A stretch of 61,571 nt of DNA, the filler included. It is 15 parts of 15 records of this genome, joined end to end, with 100 filler letters (N's around TTAATTAATTAA, not from the genome) between each part and the next. Parts side by side here need not be neighbours in the genome. Positions count along the whole stretch, not along the records: positions 45,314 to 49,814 come from SRR7504441_17204; positions 49,915 to 55,223 come from SRR7504441_17206; positions 55,324 to 61,571 come from SRR7504441_17212; 12 more parts are not named here. One strand, given 5' to 3'. The notes under the pieces were generated by a model. The model did not search any database, was not told the DNA's origin, and saw nothing but the letters and a program-made list of their open reading frames with translations. Numbering within the stretch: position 1 is the stretch's first letter; every line of letters starts with the position of its first letter. Positions 45,314-55,849 of the stretch are shown one piece after another. A program made the translations under genes and the position numbers.

Positions 45314-48300
45314 AACAGCTTTGGCACAATGGACGTTTTACCAGACGAATTTGGAACCATCGGCCTGACTACTCTGTGCAGCCGGGTCGATGGCGGCGGG
45401 CAAAACTGCGCGACCGGGTGGAGCTGCAGACCATATGAGTACAACCCTTTCCACGACATTTGTTCATTTGACAACATTGGCTCGGCTATGCTGATGGTTT
45501 TTGTAGTGTGCACTGGGGAGTCCTGGGCCGAATTGTTGTACATGGCGCTCGACGTATCCAGTCCAGTTCTCAATGGATGCGCTGTGCTGTACTTCATCAC
45601 ATTGGTGGTATGTGGGACATTTCTAGCCAATGACTTCTTCGCTGCCGTGCTTGCCAACCAATATTCTATTGCGAGCCGTGCTCATCAAATGCTCACTGCA
45701 CCCGCACAGCCTTCAGGCCCCGAGCAGGATGCGCGCCCGAGCCCACCAGACCCGGAGCCATGCTGTTGTGCCGGGTCGCCGCCGGCCTGGCGCGTCACAT
45801 GTCATGCTATGTGCCTGGGGGTGGTGACCAACCGCTGGTTTGAAAGAGCCGTCGTTGCCTGTGTACTCGGTAACACTCTGGTCTTGACGCTGTACTTCGA
45901 GGGCATGTCAGACGAGTATGTGGACGTGCTAGATGGGTTGAGCATAGGGTTCACCGGTTTATTCAGTATTGAGCTCGCTGTTAAGTTGCTGGCTCTGGGC
46001 TGCGATGGCTACTTACGTGATGCATACAACATTTTCGACTTTGTGGTAGTGTCTGCTTCGATCATTGAGCTGGCCCTGCTCATAGCATACCCTGGGAGCC
46101 ACTGGCTTGGTGGACTGAGTGCTCTCCGGGCGCTCAGGGCCCTCAGGCTACTTGAGACGAAACATTTGTCGAAAATCATGGAGGTAGCAGGCCGTTGCTT
46201 CGTGGCCGCTAGCTGGGTGCTGGTGCTGCTTGCTCTGGTCATCTTCATCTTTGCAGTGCTCGGACTGCAGTTGTTCGGCGGGAAGATGAAATTCGGACAT
46301 GAGCCTGTCCCAGATGCGAACTTTGACAGCTTCTGGCACGCATTGGTTACCTGCTGGCAGGTGATAACGCTAGATGCCTGGCCAATCGTCATGGGTAACT
46401 GCATCCGATGCAGCAACGGCGCCGCAGCTCTGTATTTTGTCGTGTTAATCTTCGCCGGGGCCATTGTAGTGATCAATCTTGTACTAGCAGCTGTTTTAGA
46501 GGCATTTGAGCAAGTGCAAGGGAACCACGAGGAGGAGGATGAGGAGGAGGAGGCTTGCAATGACGAGGAACACCGGATCGGCACTAAGGCAGGGGAAGAC
46601 GAGGAGATAGACCCGCATCTGAGCCCTGGCGCTTCCCCACACTGGTTCCTTGGCGATCGGGAGGTATCCGTGGAAATGCATTGGGAGCGCTTTGAGGAAC
46701 AGGACAAGAAGAGCCCAACTCAAAACCTCTCTGAGGAGGAGGGCCAGAAGCTACTCGATGAGCTTTCAGAGCAATACGACAACGGCGAGATTACTCGGGC
46801 TGACTACAAAGCACAAATGAACACCATCCAGCGCAAGCATGGCATAGTAACTGCCATGCCCAATGGAAGCACACTGTGCGGCCTCCTACCCGCAGACCAG
46901 CCCTTCAGGGTGTGGATGTGGAAACTGACGCATTCCTGGGGGTTCGAGCTTGCTGTTTTGGTGATCATTGTCCTCAGCTGTGTCCAAATTTCGTGGGAAA
47001 CTTTCGACATTAGCAGTACGGAGGAGCATGTGACGAATTTCTTGAATGTGACTTTCACTGTGATCTTTTCTATCGAGGTTTGCTGCAAATTGCTTGCTGA
47101 TGGCGCTTGGAGCAGCCCAGATGCATACTTTCGGTCAGTGGGGAACTGCTTGGACTTTGGTATTGTTCTAGTTGCCTGGTTCTCGATCATCTTCTCCGGC
47201 CTCGGCAAGTTCGCGGCGCTCAAGGCGCTAAGATGTCTCCGTGGCCTTCGTGTGCTATCACACTCAAAGTCGATGCGTCGCCTACTGGGGGCAATAGGCC
47301 GGTCCATCGTGGGGCTCGCCAATCTCTGCTTGCTCATACTGACGGTTCAGACAATGTTTGCTGTCCTCGGCGTCCAGCTGTTTATGGGTAAGTCTGCCAG
47401 CTTCTGCACCGACAGCTCTATCAGCACCGAGCAGACGTGCACCGGCATGTACAACACGAACGGCCGTCAAGTTTGGCGTCAGTGGCTCTCAACTGATGCA
47501 AGCTTTGACAATTTTGGTTCTGCGATGCTCACGCTCTTCGAGGTTGCCTCTGGAGAGGGGTGGGCAGCGATCATGTACTTCTATAATCAGTCCACTGGCA
47601 CTGAAGCAGCTGGGCTTTATTTCATTGTCTGGTTCCTCGGTGCGGTCTTCTTTGTTCACTGTTTGTTTGTTGGGATTATCTACAATGAATTTATAACAGC
47701 ATCGGCGGACGCCCAACTTCTTGGATTCGAGTCTATGACCGAGGAGCAGCAGGCTCGGGTCATAGGGCTCCGAGATGCACTAGAGCTGCCTGTCCCGCCC
47801 CCCCGAATTGTTCCAATGAACAAGCTGCATGAATGGCTGATTCAGATAGTGCACTCTGACCAGTTTGAAGCCGCTGTTATGGTCGCAATATTGGCGAACA
47901 TGGTGGTGCTAATGCTTAGTTTCTGGCCAGAGCCTAGCTATTGGACATATACGCTGCAAGCGCTCAATGGCACCTTCACGCTGCTCTTTGTACTCGAGGC
48001 ATCAGTCAAGTTGTTAGCAGATGGGCTTCAGGGTTATTTTGCCTCGGGTTTGAACAGGTTTGATTTCATGCTTACTGTCATGTCAGTTGTCGACTTCGGC
48101 ATTTTACTATTCTTCACTGACAGCTCCTGGCGTCTGATGGGCAACGACACTGGCTTACTGGTTGCAGTACGAGTGCTGCGGGGCTTCCGCGTGCTGCGGA
48201 CGTTTCGCATCTTACGGGACCTGCCAGCACTGCGCAAACTATTATCGGCAGCGGCGTTTTCTCTCGGGCCTCTGGCCAACGTGGGCGCGCTGCTGGCCCT

Positions 48301-49471
48301 GGTCCTGTTCATTTTCGGAATCATTGGCTGCGAGGTCTTTGACGATGTCCCGCACGGCCAAGGTGGCATCAACCGGCGTGCAAATTTCGATAATATCGGA
48401 GTGGCCATGCTCACACTGACAGTGCTGGCTACTGGCGAGAACTGGAACGCGGTGATGCACAGCTGCCGGGACAAGCACCCTGTGATCGCGCCAGTATTTT
48501 TCATCTCGTACAGCCTACTGGTGGGGCTGATCCTTCTCAACATATTTGTGGCTATTCTGGTGGACAGCCTCAAGGAGACACATATTCGGGCTTCGTTCGC
48601 ATCAGAAGACTATGCTGAAACCTGGTCCAAGTTCGACCCCAGCGGTTGCGGTTGGATTCGGGCCAGCGAACTGCCAGAGCTGCTGCTGGCGCTTGGTGAG
48701 CCATATGGGATATCTGATCGGCGCCAGGCGCTCTCAGTGGTCAACCAGCTCAACATTCCGGTGCACGAGGGCGGCAAGTTGCACTTCACCGAAGTGGTCT
48801 TCTGCCTCGTCAGGCGGGTGATGGGCCGACGGCTACCTTCAGGAGAGTTAGTGAGCCAGTTGCTGTCCGATATCCACGAGCAGCTTCCTATCAATAAGCG
48901 GGATCCAGCGACTGTAGTGACCGCCAGCAAGAACTTGGCGGTGCGGAGATTATACACAAAGCTCAAGGAGCGCTGCCTGCTACGCAAGCTGAAGCACGGG
49001 CCTCCTTTCCCTGGCAGTCGCGAGGAGCATGCGGCTGCAATCATCCTTTTTTACACTCGCAAGATGGTTGAGTACTGTGACTGTGTTCCGTCGGAACCGT
49101 TGGCTGCTGAGCGGCTTAAGATTCTGCGGGCTGGCCAGGATGACAATAATTACGTCAGCGGTGAGCAGAGCAACTGTCTGATGGCGGACGATGAGCAGAT
49201 TCAACTTGGTCTCAACCCGATCATAGATCGGTCTGCCGAGTCGCCCGGTGCCACAGACCTGGTAATATCTGGCGTGGGCCTTGACACGCACATGCGGGGG
49301 CTTATGCACCAAGGCGATAGACATGCTGGCCATGAAAGCGAGGCAATGGACTTGGATGAGGCGTCAGACAAGTATCAGATTGCAGATAGTGGATGTGCAT
49401 CAACTGCAGATAATGGGATCGGAATACACATGCATGATTATATGCATGAGCATGAAGAAGTAGGCAAGTAA
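45314..49471 (+). CDS. Four-domain voltage-gated Ca2+/Na+ channel alpha subunit (from the DI pore through DIV and an EF-hand-like tail); 5'-partial, apparently intronless
   Basis: S4 segments LRALRALRLL, LKALRCLRGLRVL, VRVLRGFRVLRTFRILR; pore loops TGESW, TLDAW, SGEGW, TGENW; tail WSKFDPSGCGWI...LHFTEV. Confidence 0.95.
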   Translation, partial: NSFGTMDVLPDEFGTIGLTTLCSRVDGGGQNCATGWSCRPYEYNPFHDICSFDNIGSAMLMVFVVCTGESWAELLYMALDVSSPVLNGCAVLYFITLVVCGTFLANDFFAAVLANQYSIASRAHQMLTAPAQPSGPEQDARPSPPDPEPCCCAGSPPAWRVTCHAMCLGVVTNRWFERAVVACVLGNTLVLTLYFEGMSDEYVDVLDGLSIGFTGLFSIELAVKLLALGCDGYLRDAYNIFDFVVVSASIIELALLIAYPGSHWLGGLSALRALRALRLLETKHLSKIMEVAGRCFVAASWVLVLLALVIFIFAVLGLQLFGGKMKFGHEPVPDANFDSFWHALVTCWQVITLDAWPIVMGNCIRCSNGAAALYFVVLIFAGAIVVINLVLAAVLEAFEQVQGNHEEEDEEEEACNDEEHRIGTKAGEDEEIDPHLSPGASPHWFLGDREVSVEMHWERFEEQDKKSPTQNLSEEEGQKLLDELSEQYDNGEITRADYKAQMNTIQRKHGIVTAMPNGSTLCGLLPADQPFRVWMWKLTHSWGFELAVLVIIVLSCVQISWETFDISSTEEHVTNFLNVTFTVIFSIEVCCKLLADGAWSSPDAYFRSVGNCLDFGIVLVAWFSIIFSGLGKFAALKALRCLRGLRVLSHSKSMRRLLGAIGRSIVGLANLCLLILTVQTMFAVLGVQLFMGKSASFCTDSSISTEQTCTGMYNTNGRQVWRQWLSTDASFDNFGSAMLTLFEVASGEGWAAIMYFYNQSTGTEAAGLYFIVWFLGAVFFVHCLFVGIIYNEFITASADAQLLGFESMTEEQQARVIGLRDALELPVPPPRIVPMNKLHEWLIQIVHSDQFEAAVMVAILANMVVLMLSFWPEPSYWTYTLQALNGTFTLLFVLEASVKLLADGLQGYFASGLNRFDFMLTVMSVVDFGILLFFTDSSWRLMGNDTGLLVAVRVLRGFRVLRTFRILRDLPALRKLLSAAAFSLGPLANVGALLALVLFIFGIIGCEVFDDVPHGQGGINRRANFDNIGVAMLTLTVLATGENWNAVMHSCRDKHPVIAPVFFISYSLLVGLILLNIFVAILVDSLKETHIRASFASEDYAETWSKFDPSGCGWIRASELPELLLALGEPYGISDRRQALSVVNQLNIPVHEGGKLHFTEVVFCLVRRVMGRRLPSGELVSQLLSDIHEQLPINKRDPATVVTASKNLAVRRLYTKLKERCLLRKLKHGPPFPGSREEHAAAIILFYTRKMVEYCDCVPSEPLAAERLKILRAGQDDNNYVSGEQSNCLMADDEQIQLGLNPIIDRSAESPGATDLVISGVGLDTHMRGLMHQGDRHAGHESEAMDLDEASDKYQIADSGCASTADNGIGIHMHDYMHEHEEVGK

Positions 49472-49914
49472 GTAATTAATAATGCAAACAAATTTTGTTA
49501 AACGCTGTATATAGTGACAATCATTACAAGTGATAAAAATATTATACCACCGTGTACTCGTACGCGTACAATCGGTTGCCTCCAAGCTACCTCCAACACA
49601 AATCTTGGGAGCTCCACAAATTACGCTAGAATCGCACAACTCGACACTCGTTCCGCATGAGCGCATCTCTCGCCTGTACTAGCTATCATGCTATCTCCGC
49701 GGATCGACAGCCGACCCATCAATAGATAGCCCAACGCGATCCAGTTTGGCTGTGACAACCCCCTCCGGACCGCGAACCCCGAAGGCTGCCCGAGCCATCC
49801 CGCTCCTGCTCTCCNNNNNNNNNNNNNNNNNNNNNNNNNNNNNNNNNNNNNNNNNNNNTTAATTAATTAANNNNNNNNNNNNNNNNNNNNNNNNNNNNNN
49901 NNNNNNNNNNNNNN

Positions 49915-52900
49915 GCGGGAGCGCGTGGCCCAGATCGGGGAGAGCTTAGGGGGCGAGCGCAAGGCGGCCGCCAAGGCGCACCATCGGGCGGTCGAACTGT
50001 CTGTCGAGGACCGGCAGGCGCGCAAGGAGCTGGCCGAGGCCGAGGAGAAGGTGTCGGCCAGCAGGGTCGAGGAGCGGGACGCGGCTGACCGCATGCGCCA
50101 GCAGCAAGAACGGCTGAAAAGGGCCAAGCTAGAGAAAGCTCAGTCCGAGAGCCGACTCAACCAGACCGCTGAGGCGCTCGACCAGAGCCGGGCCATACGG
50201 CGGCAAGCAGTGGAGGCGCACCAGCAGGCGGAAGAGCAGCTGGACACTTCCACAGAGCAGCTCCGCGATCGGATGCTTGCCAGCGAAAAGGCTCATGCGG
50301 CGGCGGACGCGGCCGACAAGATGGCACGGGTGCGGAGCTTGGGGGCCAAGACGGCCCGGCTGATGCACGACCGTATGAGCGAGATCGACGCCAACCAGCA
50401 GAACAGGATGCGACAGGAGGCGGCTCATGTCGATACAATGCTCACGCGAGGCAGGCAAGGCGAGCAACGGGCCACCGCCCGGCAGGAGAAGGCCGAGAGC
50501 AAGCTGCGTGCGGCCAAGGCGGATGCGGCCAAGAAGCAGGAGCGGGCCTCGTTCGCTGTGTCTGACGCTGAGAAGTCGGAGAGCCGGGCGAAGCGGATGT
50601 CGGAGGAGTTTGAGGTGGTTGATTCACGCGCACGCGACTTCCAGCAGAGACTTAGCACCGAGCAGAGGTCGCTCGAGGATGAGGAAGCCAGCAAGCGGCT
50701 GGTAGACGCCAAGGCCGGATCGCTGAAGGACAGCACACAGCTCAAGCGGTTAGCAGACGCCAAAGCGGAGAAGGAGCTTGCAGCCGAAGTGGCCAGGGGC
50801 AAGAAGGCGGTGGACGACGGGCGAGCCGCGGTGGACAAGGCCAACTCGGCCGAGCAGGAGGCGCTCGGCTCGCTCACTGGCACCGAGGGCAAGACAGCTG
50901 GGCTGGCGCAGCTCTTGCAGAGTGCCAGGCTCCTGAAGGAGCGGGCTGAGCAGCGGGCGGCTAGGATTTCTGGGCGGGCCACTGGGCTGCAGCGCAAGTG
51001 GGAGGCGGCCGACCAGCGCAGGGCCAGTGCCCAGGACGAGGCGGCAAAGGCAGAAGAGGCGGAGAAGAAGAAGGAACTGGAAGCGGAAGAAGCCACGGAG
51101 GTGGCAGCAAAAGCGGCGGAGGCGGCGGCTCCAGCGGATGAGCGGCTGAAGGCGACCGAGAAGGCGTTCAAAGCGGCCTCGGACGAGCAGACGCAGGCAC
51201 AGGACCGGGTGAAGGCTGCGCAGATCGACCTCGAGGCCAAGAAGGCCGACCTCGACAGCCACGGGAGCACGGCTGAAGCGACCGCCGAGCTGAAGGAGGC
51301 CAGGATCGCACTCGACAAGCACAATGACCGGATGGCTGAGCTCGAAGAAGAGCTCTCTATGCATCGGAAGGCAGCCTCAGACGCGGCAGCGCAGGTGGCG
51401 CTCGCCAGCGAGGGTGCCAAGACCACTGCTGCGGCCGCCAATGCGGGTCGCGAGCAGGCCGACAAGGCGCAGGAGGCACTGAAGAAGGCGCAGGCGCAGG
51501 CAAACCGATGGCGCGCTGCGGTGAAGGCTGCCGCTGCAGTCAAGCAGCAGAAGGCCGAAGCGTACCAACTTGCGCAGAAGAGCACGGACGAAGCGATCAA
51601 AACAGAAAAGGCGCGGGAGGCCGAGCTGGAGCAGGCCCGTGAGGCCAAGCTGTCTGGTGCTGACCGGCTGGGCGAGGCCACTGCCAAGGTCTCTGAGACA
51701 GACTTCGCTCTCAATGCAGTGGCTGCACAGGGCAATCAGGCAGCCGGCTCAGTCAAGCTCGATCAAGAGCAGCTGGCTGCTCTGGCCAAGTCGGCGCTCC
51801 GGGCCAATGCAGAGCTGAGCAAGCTGAAAGGCCAGGCCGAGGAGGGACTCGAGGCACTCAAGGCAGCCAAGGGAGGGCTTCCAGGAGAGGCGCGCGCCGC
51901 AGAAGCAGCCGACCAAAAGCTGACGGACAGCAAGGCACAGCTGGTTGCGGCCCGGGGGGAGGCCGCGAGAGCTCAGGCAGTGCAAGCACAGACTGAGGCG
52001 GCGAGTGCGGAGGCGCGCAAGGCGAAGGCTCAAGCTGAGGCCGAATTAAGCCAGTTGAAAGCGGCAATCGGCCCGCTGGCCGACAACAGGGCCCGCACAA
52101 GGGAGCAGGCGGCTACTAGCGAGGACGAGGCAATAGCTGCTGAGGCCCAAGTGCAGAGAGACGAGAGCACGTTTGGCGATGCTAAGAAAGCGCTTGATCT
52201 GGCAAAGGTCAAAATGTCTCAAGCGCAGAAGGACGCCAAGGCAGCGAATGAGCAGGCAAGGCGGCTTGAAGATGAGGTGGCCAAAGCCAGCGCTAGACTC
52301 GTGATGGCCAACGCCAACGCCCAAGCGTCTCGTGTCATCTCCAAGTGTTATGAGCACTGCTTGAGTGAGCACAACTACGCTAAAGCTATCGAAGAGGCCA
52401 AGAAGAATCAGATCCAGTCGAGCTGCCGGGCTGCGGCAGAACGCGGGGCCCAGGCAGCCAGCCAGTCCGGCAAGAGCGACCAGCCGCCTGTGGCAAATCT
52501 ACAAGACCCAGAAAAGGCTGAAATGGCGGCCACTGAGGCGATGGATGCTTGGGACACGAGCAAGACCAAGCATCGCAAAGCGGTGACAGCGCAGAGGAAT
52601 GCAAACCAAGAGATGGATTCGGCGTTTGAGAGACTCACTGCGGCACAAGACGAGTATTTCATGGCACAGAGCAAGCAAGGGTCATCCAAGGCTCTGATGC
52701 GCTCGACCAAACAAGCTGCACAGCGGAATAAGCAGCTAGCGGCTGCAGCAGCTGAGGCTGCCAAGGAAGCTGACAAGCGGCTTGAACAGCCTACGGCCCA
52801 GCTTCAGGAGGCCACAGGTGCGGCGCAGGCTGCAGAGCAAAAGAATGTGGAAGCAAAGCAAGCAATGGCAACCGCCAAAACCGCTGCAGAGAGCGCGGAA

Positions 52901-55201
52901 GAGACCGTTCAAACCTTAGTGGCCGAGAGGGCCAGCAAACTGGCAGATTTGGAAAAGGCCAAGGGAACTGAAGCTGCAGACCAGGCCAAGGCTGCCGCTG
53001 GTGTCCAAGCTGCACGAGTGGCCGAGGACGCAGCCAATGCAGCAAGTGCAGAAGAGGCACGATTGCGTGAAGGCTTGAAGCAGCAGCGGGAGCAAGAAGA
53101 GGCGGCCGAGAAGAAGAGGCGCACCCTCGAAACTGAGGCCAGCTCTGCTGCCGAGCACGTGATAAGCATCAAGAGCAGCATGGCCCAGGCTGGTGAGACA
53201 ATTAAACAGCTCAGGCCCCAGCTCGCAAAGGATAAGCAACGAGTATTGGCAGCCAAGGAGCAGTTAGCTGAAGCTTCAGATAATGCCGCCTCAGCTGCAG
53301 CCGCATTTTCCCAAGCCAAGGCAAAGTCGTCTGTGGCCAAGACCGAACTCGACCAAACTGGGACGCTCGCTCAAACTGCGGAGGCTGAACATGCAGCCTT
53401 GCAAAAGGCGGCAACCGATGCCAAGTCGAACGAAGCCGCTGCTCAAAAGGCTGCCGAAGATGCGTCCAGTAGCACAGCTGCTTCCAAGAAAGCTACAGAG
53501 CAGTACAAATCCAAAGTCAAAGAGTCCCAGGAGCTGGCATTGGCGGCAGAAAAGAAGATGCAGAATGCAGATAAGTCATCAGAAGTATTCGAATCCGCCT
53601 TTGAGGAGGCCAAGTCAAAGACTAATGAGGAAAAGCAGCTCTTGATGCAATCCACAGCTGAACTTGGACTCCGGAAAAAGTTGAGCGAGGATGCACATGA
53701 CTCCGAGATGAAAGCTGCGAAGCAAAAGGCAGAGGCAGATGAAGCTACTTTCAATGCCAAGAAGTCTCTAGTCACGGCAAGTGGCATCGCAGCTCAGGCA
53801 AGGCAGCACTTTAACAACGAGGATGCTGCAGTGAACAAAGCCCGCTCGCGCTTCAATGTTGGAGAGGCAGCTGCGACATCGGCCGCTAAAACAGTCGAAA
53901 AGGAAATGGAGAATCTCGGCAAGGCCAAAGCTGAGCTCGACGCCCAGCAGATCTTGATAAAGGGACTAAAGAATCAACACGACGCGGCGTACAGAGCCCA
54001 CATGAAGGCTGAGCGGCAGCTCAAGAACGCCAAGGCACAACTTGAGGCGTCAACTGGGGACAAAGAGGCGTTGTCAAACAGGATGCAAGAGGCGGACAAG
54101 CAATCGCGCATAGCTCTAGCTGAGGTGCAGCGCGCTGTGGCCAAACATGCACAAAGGATTGAGCAGTTAAAAACCGAAGTAGGCGCCCTGAGCGCGCAGT
54201 ACTCGAAGAGGCAGCAGGAAGCCGACGAGGCTCAGCGCAAACTTCATCAGCAGCAGCAGAAGACCAACGAATTGGCCGGAGAAGTGGAGCCTGCGCAGGT
54301 GGACGCAGGACGGGCTGCTGCTGATCAACAGCGCGAGACAGAGGCAGTAGACATAGCTCAGCAGAATTTGGATTATCAAACCCAGATGCTGCAGCGGGCG
54401 CAGCAGGACGAGGAGGAAATGGCAGAGGAGCATGCAGAGCTCAAGGAGGGGCTAGACAGGCAGCTCAAGGAAGTCGCAGGCAGTGCAGCCGACCAAGCCA
54501 CCAAACTGCAGGAGCAGACAGAGAAGCAGGCCCAGGCCAGCGCACTAGCTCAGCAGGCAAAGGCGATGGCCGACAAGGCAACCAGAAACCATACAGCTGC
54601 AGTAGAGCTATTGGCAAAGGAGCGCAAGGCTGCGTCAGCAGCAGAGCGTACTGAGTCACGAAACGAGCGGTCAAAGGCCCAAGCGGCCATTGTGACCGAC
54701 TCAAAGGCCGAAGAGGTGTCCTTTGCGCACAGGGCGTACGATCATGCAGCCAAAATGCACAAGGAACTGGATGCCACTCTTCAAAAGCAACGCGAGAATC
54801 ATGAGTCGCTGGCCGACGGGCACGAGGCGATGGCTGCCAAGCTTGCAAAGGCTAAGGCTCACGCCGCAGATACTCGGAACGCAGTTGACAAACAAGAGGC
54901 TGAGCTGAGTCGTGTTACTGCCGAGGCACAGCAAGAATCTGGGACGTTGCTTGCAGCTCAAGTAGGAAGGGACAATGCAGAGAAGGAACTGCGCAGCTCG
55001 ATGCTAGAACAAGATCTTAAGACGCAGGAGCTAACTGCCGAGTCGCATAAGCTCGAGCAGTTCCGCATCAAAGCCGCCGGGCTTAGAGAGCAATTGGCCG
55101 AGGCACAAGCACAAGCCCGGTCGCTAGTCCGAAGGTCAGAAGACCTCGCCCGAAAGTCCGCCAAGTTGTCGGCCGAGCGCAACTCAGTACTAAAGAAATA
55201 G
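49915..55201 (+). CDS. Very long A/E/K/Q-rich coiled-coil protein (over 1750 aa); 5'-partial, apparently intronless
   Basis: 5.3-kb uninterrupted ORF that is almost entirely helical in composition. Confidence 0.85.
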
Positions 55202-55849
55202 ACGTGCTATTTATAAAGCTTATNNNNNNNNNNNNNNNNNNNNNNNNNNNNNNNNNNNNNNNNNNNNTTAATTAATTAANNNNNNNNNNNNNNNNNNNNN
55301 NNNNNNNNNNNNNNNNNNNNNNNGGAAGAGGACTTCTTCGATGCTGGGGCGCCGGCCATTGAGGTACGGACTGTGTATAAAACAGCACCGTTTGGAGGGG
55401 ACTGCGGCGTGGCTGACGACCCGGAGGAGGACAGTCGCCATGATGAAGAGGACTGGGCAACCCCAACAGCTAATTGGTGATAAGTTGTCCATTTGTAAAG
55501 CACTGTCATCGCGCAAATTGGGCACTGCGTGCATGCATGAACTCCATGTACGCACATGACTTGTAATCGCTTGTTAGTCAACGCTTTCAGTGGCAACAAC
55601 GAGCATATCTACCTCTAGCCTGATCATTATACTTTAGTAAAGCATGTTTGTATATTAGTAGTACATCAGGTCTTCTGCGATAGGTGTTTACTTCTATTAA
55701 TTAGTCGAATCGGTAATATCGGTAATATTTGGTTGTAAGTCGGTTGCATTTAATTTTGCAGACGGGCTTGTTGCACGAATGATTGTGGTGGTACAGTGGC
55801 TGGACGTAGTGGCAGGTCTACTTATAATTAAGGCATGCAACCTTCCTGG

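Noticed and set aside
50425-51735. Long antisense ORFs, also 57419-58654, 36927-37994 and 10241-11249
   Set aside because: Shadow frames expected from high GC and codon bias on the real coding strand; no recognisable domains
3452-55323. Regularly recurring TTAATTAATTAA flanked by N-runs, superficially like a repeat array or CRISPR
   Set aside because: Identical 100-nt synthetic linkers used to concatenate contigs; not biological
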